From positions 4,952,699 through 5,016,698 of the forward strand of contig CM082581.2 in NCBI GenBank assembly GCA_040954595.2: a stretch of 64,000 nt of DNA, written 5' to 3'. Below the pieces are notes generated by a model. It did not search any database, was not told the origin of the DNA, and saw only the letters and a program-made list of their open reading frames with translations. Positions 30,276 through 43,990 of this stretch are shown one piece after another. The translations under genes and the position numbers were made by a program. The stretch's first letter is position 1. Each line of letters begins with the position of its first letter. This DNA comes from Balanoglossus misakiensis. Lineage: Eukaryota; Animalia; Hemichordata.

Positions 30276-32312
30276 CCTTAGTCTATACCAGATTGTCTAT
30301 TCAGTTTCGTCTCTGACAATATCGCTGAAACGCCTAAACAGAGAAGATGTCAATATATGATAACTTGAAAAAAAGGTCAGATTATTCCAGGCAGATTAGT
30401 TTCACATTGGAGACTTTTGATCTATAATACCTTTAGCATGTTTAATTTAAGATTGGAACATTCACGCAGGCATTACCGCTCTTTGTGATGGTCTCACTCT
30501 ATAAGAATATAATACGACGGATTAGTAATATTACTAATTTAAATTATAATCTCCAGTTTTGTGTATAATCGAGGTGGTTGGGTGACAACTATCGATACTT
30601 CTATTAACCTTCACAATAAACAAAAGGAAGTTTAGCCGGATCATTTGCTTTTAATATGAGCCGCCGGGATTGATAAAACAGTGTGGAATACAGTCAGAGT
30701 ATTTTAATGATATCCCTTTTCGAATTAAATATTGTTCCCGGTGGCCCTAACGTGTAAAATTAAGAAATATAGTGGGGGATTATCAAAATCTCCGCAATTG
30801 CCATATTCCTCCTAATGTGTCATCAATTCCTAAGTTTTTCGCATTAGGGAAAATGAAGCTTCCGCAGCTTGTACAATTTCCATTTCATTCTATCGTCTGC
30901 TGGGAAAATGGCGGGTAATAGCATTGAGCGATATCGTCTGATGAGAAAATGGCGCGCTCATTGTGTCTGCAATCAAACTGCAGGCATAGCAGCCGGCCTA
31001 GGGGACAAGGGGGCTAATTTTCAATCATAAATTTATAAAAGTGCTAAATAATGAAAATTTGTTTTGTGGTAATCGCCTATGAATAGGCCGTTGCGAGAAA
31101 AAAGGAAGAAGCCATGCCTAATTTCACCATTATATGGTTGTTAGAAGATACCTGATCAAAGCGCGGGATTGGAGTTGTCTTAAGGCGAGAAATTCGATAA
31201 AAGGTCTACCAACTGTCAGTTAACCATTCAGTGCTACGTGAGAACAATACAGTATCGTACAAAGACGCAAATAATAAATCTTTTAAGAAACTAGCGAACA
31301 GCTATAAGACACTGGATGTTAAAGCTGTTGGTTTTTGTATGTGTGTCATTAAAAATTCGTTGACTTTAAAGCTTGTAAGGTGAAGATGGCTTTTTGAAAT
31401 GTATTAATATTTCAGTCCTCAGCTCATGTTGAAACGATTAGTTGAGGCTGTTAAGACGGCAACAAAACGACAAGCTTTATCTAGTCAGCTTTGTGTAAAT
31501 CTGTCCTAGAAGTACATGTGCGACGACTCGCTGATATCTGGATCATTTAATACTTGGAATCCACCCGACAGCGGGAGTGAGAACATCCGAGATTTGGGGG
31601 AATTTGTCGAGAGACGAAATCACGAGAGTCGACCGGTCTGGGTTTGGAGTTTTGGCAATGCAGTCTGATTAATATTTGATTTCGAAAAGTCAGAGTTGAC
31701 GCATTGTTAGTGTATTAAGGCTTACGACGCAAACGTATCACTGCATCTTTCTTTCACAGATCTTCAGCCCCGCGTACCGACAGACACAACACTGAGCTGC
31801 TTTTGCAAACCGCCATTTTGTCCCCCGTTGACGACAGATTCAATATTCTTTGTGTCGGTGCTTTGTCGTCTCTTTCCTCTGAGTCTGGTCACGTTAAATT
31901 TTAATTGACCTCACTGTGCCACACCTGCTGTGTTGTGTTATCAGTAAACGACTGTCGACATGTCCCAGTACTTGATGGCCGACTCCTCAACACTCAGCTT
32001 ACAATAATGTCTAGAATCATGAGAATGAAGGAGTCACAGTTTAAAAAAACACTAACCTCAGTCCATTGAAAATTAAATGAACTATCTACTTTTATTTGTG
32101 TCCTGTGGTTCTGTTGGCAAATCTTTTCTATTTATTCATTATATTTTTCTTCATTGTCTTAAAGTTATCAGTGAACACAAATCTCTTATAATAAGAACAA
32201 TATAGAACAGTGGTTTAGGCTTGTGAAGCTATTTCCATGAAAACTTACTTAATTCAACAATATTTTATAACTTGTGCATGTATTGCTAACACCAAAGGGG
32301 CACCTTTAAGAT

Positions 32313-32367
32313 TTAAAGCCCCAATAGCTGCCATTCTTTGCATTATTTTCAGCTATTAGGGCTTTAA
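32313..32367. mobile_element. 47-bp TTAA-flanked mini inverted-repeat element
   Basis: TTAA|AGCCCCAATAGCTG-ccattctttgcattatttt-CAGCTATTAGGGCT|TTAA: 14-bp TIR with 1 mismatch, TTAA on both sides, AG...CT termini. Confidence 0.65.
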
Positions 32368-32654
32368 ATTGATTTTTAGGAATGCATGCATAAGCACTAC
32401 TTATGAAGTTCTTCAAAATGAGTGAAGAATCCTTGTCTTTCAGAAGGAAATGACCACGTGTTTGTATTTTCGTTTACGAGTACGTCTTTTGTGCTGTCAC
32501 GAATCCTGAGTAACACTTACAGATAAATAATTACCAGATAATTAATTGTAATTATCCCTGACATATACCGTTAAGTGACTCTTGAAGTAAATATAGGGAA
32601 ATATCATAAAAACAACATTTTGGGACTGACAAAGCCTCGATACAGTAAATTTTC

Positions 32655-32774
<120 letters not shown>

Positions 32775-35700
32775 ATCAAACGGGAAGCGTGTGGGTCTTC
32801 CTACTATCGTAAATTAACATGCGTAATACGAGTTTGTCGTCTTTAGTGCGCCCTCAGATGTGAATTCCATGTTATAGAAATGCAGCGGTGTGTTCATTGT
32901 TTCGCAAAGTTTACATGCATTACAGTTTAATAGATCAAAACAACAAATTGGTGGGTAGGTTTGCTTGTTGTTTATTTTGTCAGCTTTTTGAAGTCAACAA
33001 TGTTTGTTTTTGTCTTTTTTGGAAGTTTCATTTAATATAAATCCCAGTCCCATACTTTGAAATCCCAGGCAAACCTATAGTCCTGCCACAAGCAAGGCGG
33101 GTTAGTTGAGCTTAAGTGTCGTCAGCTTGGACATGAAAGCTTTAGGCGGGAAACTGCGGCAGTGTCGTTATTTCACTCTAAAAATTGCAAATATTAGATA
33201 ATAGATGAGATAACGGTTAGTTAGATTTCAAAATATTGTCATGGTAATTGAAACTCATCGGAAATTACGAACAACAAACCATGTCCCTATCAATCACATC
33301 ACCGTAGATTACATGCACTTGATTGGGAATTATAGATGGTGTGGCGACTGTTTATAACCAATCAATTGAAGTGGATGTAAGTGATGCGCTGTAAAATTCT
33401 GCATGACTTGACAAAAACGAGCCTCGTTAAGTTAGCTCAGTGTTAAACAAAGCGTGATGATGAGTTCTCAAACACTTTTCTCTACGCTTGATTAGCCAAT
33501 GAGAAAATTTACTGTGCGGCTGAAACGTCCGTATTCATTTAATCTGCCGCGTTTCCTTATGTTGTTCCCCCTCGCTCAGAGCTCCAAATCACATCAAATT
33601 GCCACAGAACAGACCGGGAGTTCTGCAACGGAGCGCATTACTGTATTAGGAGAGGTCAGCCAGCTTCAGTTTTTCGGCGATTTAGCTCAACGACGTTAGT
33701 GCTCGGCACAATTTCGTGTCACTTGCCCCGGCGTATGCGTTTGCCTGTGTAATGTTTTGAGTCGTTAGAAGCATGATGGTGATGTATGGCGCTCGGGTCA
33801 ATGGGGGTCAAGGAATGTAGATGACAGAAAGAAGGTTATCATGGTTTAGTGATTGCCAATTCATCAATAATAAACAAGGAGATTCAAGATATGGCTTATT
33901 ACTTAATAGAGAGAGAGAATTACCCCTATTGGTTTTATCTGATTAGATGGTGAGATTACCAGCTAAGACAAATCACTCTATGATGTTTTCCCGCTCAACG
34001 TCATGTCGTCTGCGCCTCATGATGGTTTTGCGTCGGAGAGAAAAATCATCCTACTTGCAGATGTTAAACTAACTCGGGACTACTTTTTCGTGGCTATTTT
34101 CGCAGGAAACCACGTCTTTGTGATCGATGTGAAGTCGTTGTACTACCCTAAATAAATTATACTGCAACAGCTCCAAATATCGCGGTTTCGTATATATTCG
34201 TTTTACATATGAATAATAATGTCTAAAAAGTCAGTGTTCAGGAAATATCAAACAAACATTAAAATATCAGCGACGCGATAATGTTGCGCATTGTCCGATG
34301 ATTATCAAATTTACCAAATTCATTGACAATTTCAAATTTACAAAATTTCCGAAATTCAGTGACAATTTTGGATTTATAGTAGGCCCTACTTGACCCGCCT
34401 AGAAGGATTTTTTTCCTTTCGGTCTGGTATGTTGAATCAGTAAGACGCACACTTTTACATGGTGAAACATTAAAGATTTTGCTGAATTACAAACCACATT
34501 CTGCACATCATGCCTCTCGTTATCTCATATATACAAGGGATGCTTGAGAAGTTGACGTGATGCCACACTTAATGAAGCAATGGACTAGGGTTACAAAGTT
34601 CACTATTTCACCGCGACGGTTCAATTACTTTACACTCACCGAGCACTGGTAGTAAATTTGAGTACCACAACTTCTTATTGTTACAACGAATATAAAACTT
34701 AAAGCTATGATACCGGAGTTAAGATAATATATGAAAATGCGCCTGTTAAAAGCATAGGGATTGTGTACTAATGAATTTTTATTGAGAAACGAAAATTGCC
34801 ATTTTGAAATTGATCTCGGCAATAAACTCGATGGCATGCAGGCTGCGTAAATCACATCAGATATGACAATCGGTCGGCGCTTTCGGCACGAACAAGGTTT
34901 CCCGCCCCCAAATCGCATCAAAATATGACAATTGGTTTGATCTTTCACTGCGAGCAATGTTGAATTTCCCGCCATGTGCCTGTGACAGATCGAAACTTCT
35001 TATTTATGTGAAAAATAGGTTTAATTCGGAATTCACGGAACGCATGGGGAAGGAACTTTTTAGTGGAAAATTGGTTTGTTTGTGTTGAAATGAAAGTGTT
35101 TGTGTTCTACGCGACGAGTGTCGTTCCGTGGTGTTTCTCAGTCAGTGTGAACGGAAGAGGAACATAAACAAGGTGGCAAAATTAATCGCATTCAGTAAAT
35201 TTATACTACATTTTTTGTGGATCTCTGTTCATCTAATGGAAAACAACACGATTAATTAAAGCGACAAACGGAACCGTTTACAGCGATGTTTGCATTTGAC
35301 AAAATGGAGTAAATACGAACCATATGACAAATCGACTTCATTTGTGGTGAAACAATGACCACCCTTCTCGCCGATAAAAAAATTCTCGGAAACCATTAAA
35401 TTTGATCGCACGACACCAAACACATGTCTGTCAAAACATTCTTCAAAGATCTCCATAAGAAAATCCCAGCAAACGATCAACACACTTGAAATTAGAAACG
35501 TCTCAATTTATTGTGGCTGCCGTGTCACAGTGTTCGATGGCCATTAAAATATGTATAGCGCGAGGACGATTAAGTTGACGAATCGCCGAATTCATTTTCT
35601 ACGTGGGTTTGCCAATAATTGTTAAAATCTGACAAGGACCTAAGGACAGGTAAAAAACGAATTTATGAGATCACCGAAGATTATTACCTAGCTGTATAAT

Positions 35701-38700
35701 TCTCCGAGCTCAATATTGACTGCTTATAGTGATCCATTGCTGTGGGGCAACATTACACCTATAGTTAATCAGCAGCGGAAGTCCATTTTTATTGAATTTA
35801 CCGGTGAAAATGACTAGTTTGCGAAGGGTATTAATTCCTGAGACATAACACTCAATTGTGCAGCGTCTACGCCACTCCAGCCAATTAGCGCGGAGAATTG
35901 GCCAGAAAAAGTTATTATACGGTATTTACATTTCGCTGCGTTTGAAGTGCGCCCGTTTTCCAGTTACATCGCGTTAGCCACAATCAGAAGGCGACGTTGT
36001 AATTTGCACAACTTGCCTGGGTTAATCGCTTCCCTTCGTGGAAACGCCGATCCCATCCAGCTTATGAAAAGAATTAAATTTGACAAATTATTGCAATTCA
36101 TTAGCAGCGATTCCATTGCCTAATCTGTTGACTCGATGCCAACGCATGTTTTCTGTATAGAGGAATCGAGTCTCTTTTGAAATCTAATACATTTTACGGT
36201 ATGCGTTCCCACCTTTTTGGAAGGTGAAAGCGCAGGTTTTAAGTACCTCATGAACGCCATTAATTCTCGCTAAATTAAAGCATTTCTGGTTCAATCAAAA
36301 CTCTAAAATAACACATCAATCACCGCTATTCCTCTCACGGTTAAAACTTAAAGTCTAATTCTATTTCTGAGTTTTATTGAGTGCTTTCTGCGTTGTAATC
36401 GATGGCCCAATCAAAATCATTGTCGATTGCCATAGGGGTCGCCCTTCTGTCGGTTTGCAGTAAAGACAAATTATTGTTCGATTTGTCGTCGCAACGTATC
36501 GGGAATTTACAATCGCCCAGTCCTTAAGCAGGGTCTTTGTTGTCACCCCCTAGCCTGGTGTTGGTGGGTTCTGCTGCGTGCCAACGTCAATCTCAAGCAC
36601 GATTTGTCAATAGCATTGAGTTTAATTCTCATCGGCGCCAATGTGTTTGTTTGTTTGTTTGTTTTTGTCTTCATATAATATATAAACTAGAAACGTCATG
36701 AATGGTCAGTCCTTTGTTGGAAATATCAAAATATTAGTAAGGATTTTACTGTGCACCATTATTTGAACTGCAAGGGTAACCTAGCGCAACTTTAAAACAA
36801 TGAACAACATTTAATCAGTGTGTACATTGTATTTTGGATAGTTTATTATATAGCAATGTGACAAAAGAAATAGTTTGTTTTAATGTTTGTGAGTGAAATG
36901 CACTTTCTGATGAAGATCATCGTCATGGTTTCCTTGGCAACCGACTTATATTCGATTTGTCCCATGGCACCAGGGCTCTCCCGCGGACGGAATCGATACA
37001 ATCTTTGATCAGATATTATCGTAAACGTTTTTGTGTGTATCATTTGAAATGGTGCGAACTGTCAGAATCTTTTTCGAGTTACAATCAATTTGTGCACTGT
37101 CCCGATAAGGGAGATCTACACATGATTCATTTATTTCATTTTTTCGCCGGCTTGGTTCCCGTTGTTATGGTTACAGATTCCCGCATGGTTTGTTGAGACA
37201 GCCTGATCTTTTACGGGCTTGCCGGACATTTCTCCAATTTTCGATTTTGTTTGTGTATTTTAGTCCCATCTTGTTCAGTGGTTTTTGTATTTTTCGTCTT
37301 CTGTTTTCATGAAACTTAAGTTCACGCACACAATCCTAATTTGCAAAAGGGACAGCGGGAACCACCTCATTCACCCTCCTGTAATCAACCCACAAATTAG
37401 CGACTGTTAGTAGTCAACATTGAATCCTTCGGCAGTCAACCCGCACAACGTCGCCTGCGGTATGCGCCAGCCCAAGAGTAGACTGTGGTACACAGCCAAC
37501 GCCTTCAGATATATCCAGATGTCTCGGTATTTTTATCTTCAGAAAACTGTGTCGTTTTGTTTGTCAACTTTTAGCTCTGGAAAAGCTAAGCAGCAAACAG
37601 ACTATTGACTGATTTTTTTCAACTGAGACGTACAGCATAAACCGAATAAAGGTGACAGATGCTCGCTATATTATTTATGTCAACTTCGGCGACGACCAGT
37701 AATGCCTGTCATTCAATCTCTGTCGTTATTAAAGAGATGATTTTTACGCGATTATTGGAAATAAGATAAAAGTGGACAAAGTCACGGTTGAAGCTGATTT
37801 TGAACTCTTCAGAAAGGTACTGTGTCATTGAGTTTCAGGGCGATCTCTGTCTGAGTTCCCGGATGTGACGATCGCGCCAGCCTGAGAACTCAAAGTTAAA
37901 ACACGCTGGCAGTTCAATTGCCACTTGCGACTTCGAACTTAACATTGATAAATCACCAAGACGACAGAAAGAGAAAGTGCACCTTACAATCATTCGTCAT
38001 ACCAGACCTTCGAAATTGTGTGTAACAACATTTTGGCGCGGTACTTAGTTGGTAAATTACATTTGGCGACATATTGCCGAATTAATTCTGCTAAATGATA
38101 ACCTGGGGGAACTCTATGCTGTTCACGTGGTTCTCGTTTCAGTAGTCACTGACGCGTTACCAAAAAATTCCCGCGTACAACAACGAAACGCCCGTTATTT
38201 TAAAGGAGAAGTATCATTTACAACAACGTCGGAACGTTGATTACACCTTAATGGATAATCACTGCTACAGAACAGTGTGTATAATGATGCTGTTGGCGGC
38301 GGCGACGTTCAAGGTGAAGACGGTGACGGTGATGACGACAACGACGGTGATGGTGGTTACAGTCTGCTGCCGTTGTCCGCCCTCCCGGCCCCTCCCCTCC
38401 ACCTTTTGTCACGACCATCGTCGCCATCGCCGATTTGTGATTTGTCAGACAATTTCTTCACTCGATTTGACTTTCGGGAATATCCAAGTAAATTCGGAAC
38501 ATAGAAATCCAGTAAGGGTACTGTTAAATGAATGTTTTAGCATTTAATACTAGTAATGGCGAGCCTGCAACATTTTTTTGTCTTAACCGTTCGAGGTCGG
38601 TTTACTGTTCCCAGTCGCACACGCCTATACATGTACCTCACTTTCCTCTCTGAGACGCAATCTCCACTTCACTTTTGCCTGTTCATATTGGTATGCTTAG

Positions 38701-41700
38701 GGGGTCTTACACTGGAGTCAGAAGAGCCCTCAGATTGACATTATTAACAAGCCAATGAATAGGTGATGAGGATATAAATACCAATAACGTTTTCTTTATA
38801 ATGTTGAAATCGAAGTCAAATGAGGATATCGGATGCTTTATTACACGATTAGAGAAACAATACCGTTATGGATCTACTGCTGATTAAGTACACACTGCAT
38901 CAATTTCTAATGCTTTACACCCCGACCTTTGACCTTCGATTTCGGTTATGTGGCATGGGGATAGCTCACCAGAGTCTCTTCATTTTTTCGTCAGACATTT
39001 GCCGCGGCGACCGATTCTTACTCCGTATAGCCTTCAGCTTGCCTATCACATTGCTCGGTCATATACCATGCCGGCGTTGGCAATAAAACTGTGTTGTCCA
39101 GTTCATAAAAAATGTTTTCATGGCATTGTCGTGATGTTCTACTTACGACGGCCATGTTGTTCAAACGAGCCGGACCCCTGGGCAAAACAAAATCCTTTTT
39201 CTGCATATCGAGCGTAACGATTTTCCTTCATTGAGCCGATCTAAGAGAGAAAAATGGCATGTATTTTACGGTTTAGTGTAGAGGAGTTGGTGACACGGAT
39301 GAGTCAGGAATCGGGAGCGGAGGTCAAACATCTTCCACCGTGACGACCTACAGGATCATTCCCGCCAAAAACTTTAAGGATTGTCTGGAACTTCAAAAAT
39401 GTCGAATTTTTCATCAGAATCCGCCCTTAGAATTTCCCGCAAAGTGCATGGAACCAATGAAATCGCGTTGTGTGAGGAATTTTAGAGAAATGTAAATTAG
39501 GAGGATAAAATTTTCAAAATATCAGATTTTTAGTAGTGTGTTCGTATGCGTATATAGTGCGTTAACTTGTTGCATTTTACACCAAAATATCCTCCAACTC
39601 TCCTCGATTTTTGTTTTTGTTCGTCTATTAGTCCTAAGCTATTTTGGGGGCATTCCAAGACAAAAATGGCTTTCTCTGCCTATAGACTTCGCACATTTTT
39701 TCATATGCAGTGTGTTGTACGTTTTGTGTAATTTGATTGGAGCGTCCACCGCATATTTTAGTCGCAACCAATGACAATGTATTATGTATTTTTTCCAAAT
39801 ATTACTTGCTTGTTCCTGCCAACATTTGATAGCCAACTAACACTCGCTTCTTGGGAAGCATTATTACATGAGACGCGGTTCGATTGAATGTAAATTCGTT
39901 AAAATAAAACTGAAAAGTTCCAGAGAGTGGGACTTTAAGGAAATGACTCAGTTTTTATTTTGAATCCCTTGTTTCGAACAAAAAATTAGTCCGTAACCTT
40001 GACATCTCTCGTCAATTATATCAATCCTTTTCAGGGATCAGTTTGTCACAATCTCATCACTGAACTCGTGTTTTTTTGTAATCTCTGCTGCGGTACAGCA
40101 GAGCCGCAATTCATTTGATGATATCGAAAGTACATGTACGTCATGCTATAGTCCTGTGTTAAAACAATATCCCAGCTTAGATGATTCATATGCAGTGCAT
40201 TATCGCAATCCATCTTTCTCAATTTGATGTTGATTTCAGGATTAAAGGACGGGACAGAACTGTTTCAATGTAGATTTTCCCCTCTGAGATTGCAATGTCG
40301 CCTATATATCACAAGAAAGGTCAATATCACAGCATTCGTTTTTTACTTCGGGTCTTCAAAAAGAAGATGGCGTCTTCAACTGTGCCATTTATCATTTAAC
40401 ATATCTCTTAACTCTGCTCTGGGTTTCTCTATGCAAGTTTTTTTGAAATGCTATACATGTATTTTCTTTTCAGTCGAAATACTTAACTCATGATGGTGAC
40501 ACTTTCAACTCCATGTAAAACTATTACACGATAATGGACTATGGTTTCACAGTCCTGTTTTGGACCAATGTTTCATCAACAGATCACCTGATCATATATA
40601 TGGACAAACTTTAAATCCAAATAATTTCAGTATCCGTTTCATGGCCAATTTTATCACGCTTCTCGCGTCCATTCCCAAGTTACGCGTAAAGACTTGTTTT
40701 TGAAAGCGAAAGTACGAAGCGAGGTGGCCATAAAAAAAGTCGCGGGAACGAACGCGCGCGCCGCCGAGACTTTCACCTGTCGCGAGCTTTCAATGCACAG
40801 CCTTGGGAAGAGGGTTGTCAGATCCGCGGTTGAATCCGCGTCTTAATGAAAGTTTATGCGACAATAAATTAGACATGCCTTAATTATTGAACTCCCGATC
40901 CTGTTTAATGACGGAAAGACACAATCCCCCGTGGTCATCGATACACTGAAGCCGAGGACGAGTTTCGACACCCAACAAACATTTTGTGTCACGTTAGTCC
41001 CCCCGTACGCGATATCTCGTTCTTGTCAGGTTTGCGTCGGCGAATTTCCCCCCTTAAAAAGAATGACGAATTCGCCTTGAAATGTCCAGGGGATTTATAT
41101 CCTAAATGACAATTACTAAAGGCTTACGCACTTATATGCGCTTTTCAATAGCTGTTAAAGTTCAAATGACACGTCATTCTCACCTGCGCGGGCCACAAAA
41201 ATCCCCCGTACGCAGTGTGCAATAAGTGGGACCGGGTAAAAGCCTCATATTGCTTCGGCGAGCGTCGCCACTTCGGTCCCAAGTCGCTACTATATGACGA
41301 AATGTACTTATTGATAATAATCGATTGTCTGACTTAGTGCATTTGGCCCTCAATCACGGCATTTAAATTTACTATCCGCCTTAACAGCAGCTGCAGCGTG
41401 GATTCCCCGGTGTGTGTCCACACTCAACAGTCAAACCATTTTTCTAGAGTTGGCAAACGAGTCCCACGTGTCCGCCACAGCGCTTCGGGCGAGGCAGACC
41501 CGGATGCGAAGCGCCCCCTGTGTATTGTCGACTATATTGGTAATTATTACCTAGATCAGTGTACATTATGGCCACCATAATTTTCCATAATTTCGCCGCG
41601 CTGGAAAGAGAGAGAGTTTCCATTTAAGCTCGGGGGCAAATAAATGAAAAAAAAGGAACAGTGAGTGTGTTTTGATTGAGTCGGGAATTCAGCCAACGAT

Positions 41701-43990
41701 GTGAGGTAAAACTGTCCAATAAAAGAGAAAGTGGCTTCGGCGGGCTCCCCCGAGGAAGCGCACCGGTAACTCACAACAAAACGATGAGAGTTAATTTCTA
41801 AACTAAATTGCTTGGGGCCCCATGAATCTAAATTGATAGCGAATGGACCTCCTTGTTCTTAACTGGCGCTTTCTTTTTGCGGAAAGAGTCGGTGCATACA
41901 CACTGGCGTCCGAGTTCTCAGCCCGAGTCAGGTTGCCAGATACGCTCATTCTACGCACCATATATTCTATCTATACCCACTGCGTTGTTATAGTTCCCTC
42001 GATTTTTTACTGTACGTGTACTTTTCCGCCCATTCTCACAACGCCACTAAAAAGTCTTATGAATACAGAAATGTATATTAACTATATTTGATGAGTAAAT
42101 CATCTAGGGGGAAAAAAGTAAACAGTCAGTCATGAAGAATATCATAATTCAACATAGTAAGTCAACAATGTACGCCTACTTGGTGTTGGAATTTTTTTAT
42201 TTTTTTCTCTCGAAAATTCAAATATCTAAGATGATATAAGCATGGTAAAGTAACTAAAACACTTCTCGTAGTGATACAGTAAAATGGTGAGATAAAACTT
42301 TTTGAAACTTCTGTTGTAACTAGAAACACTTTCAGTGTAAAAGACAAAAAACTACTATTTGTATGTTCCCATATTTAGTTAGAAATGCGATTTTTGTACC
42401 ATTTCTGGAAATCAGCACTTTTTTGATACAAACAGCCTCACGAAAAAACAGCATTGTAAAGGTGTTTCGGTCAAAAATGTAAAATAAAAAATACTAGATA
42501 CATGTATCAACGAACGATAAACATATAGGTAAAGATGCATCAGTACTTATAGTTTCTCATCTTACATATACCGACTAGAATTTCTTGTAAAACATGCACC
42601 CCATAAACTGCGACAAAACTGAAATTGGAATTAAATTGAATTATCACTGATAACAATCCGAGTTACGCGTTACGTACGTACATGTATTAGGCTTTTGAAC
42701 ACCCAACTATAAAGTGGTGCAGAATAGTTTAGCTACCAAATAAGAAAATGTAGAAAACAAATTATAAAAAGGCATCAAAAGTGTCGTCCCATTGTCGATA
42801 TCATTACTGTGAAGGTAAACGAAAACTGAAGCTTAAACCTTACAAAAGGAGAACTGACGACAAAATGTACATGACACAGGTCGGTGAATGGGAAATACTC
42901 AGATTTGGGTTTTGCACCTGAACAGAACAGCGACCTCACAAGCCAGTTCTAGACCGACCGTGGTCTCACCGTTCGACTACTGTTTGATTTACTAACCCAC
43001 CAGAGCTACAATCGACTTTCTAAACATTTTTCTTTCAAATTTTGCTCATTTGTGTCATTTATCCGAGGTTCAAGAGTATAGACACACTTCCGTTCAGTTT
43101 GATAGAACGTCACGGTCGAATGTTTTGCATCGAATTATTTTTGGTTCACATAAATTTTGACGGAATGTATTACGCAAAAGTTCTGGTAAAAATGTTTGCC
43201 GACACCAAATGGAATTTTTGTCTACAAATGTCAAATCTACTTGACTGGAAATTTTACTTCAACTTCCTTCTAACTCAACGAAGCATGGTCTATTAAAAGC
43301 TTTTGGAATACTACGGCATGTCAGAATGGGAAAGAAAACACGTGTGTAATAGATAACGTAAGAGAATGGGACGTATCCCACATTTTTTGAAATGTCAGAA
43401 GACAACTGACAGCCTCTGCTAAACAGTGTTTATTTTTTTTCAAATTCTCAACCGTCAGACCCAGAAATCACGGGGACAGGGGCTCAACATATCCGTCAAA
43501 CTATTTGCTACTTAGGTGCGGTAACGCTGCCGTTACTTATGTAGTCACCTGCCCTAACAATGCTCGCAAAATTAGACATTTCGACAGAGTTCGGGCTTTT
43601 GCAATGGTCAATTGCTTTTAATCAATCATAAAAGTCTCGATATTATCGAATCTATGAATTAGTCCAACTCATATTGGCCTACATATTTCTGTGTAGTCTT
43701 ATTTATACGTAGGATGTGCACATCTACATGTACACGTATATGAGATATTTTCGGTAATGGAATACTTGCTGAAACTCCCATCCCCACCCTTGCCGTCTCA
43801 CTTAGCTGCAAAGGTTCCTTTAAAATAAAGAAATTCCTAAAATAGATTGATTGGCACACGCCTAGCGCGCAAACGTATATATTTTCGCTACATTTGGTTC
43901 ATATTAAAAAATTTGCTTTTCAAGAGCGTAAAGGCAACGGTGACTGGCACAAAAGGCAAAGCAAAGATACAAATCCAAATGTCAGGCTTC

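Noticed and set aside
36634-36649. GGCGCC-N5-GTTTG as a BMP/Smad-Schnurri element
   Set aside because: It mismatches the required GTCT half-site and runs into a (GTTT)n repeat.
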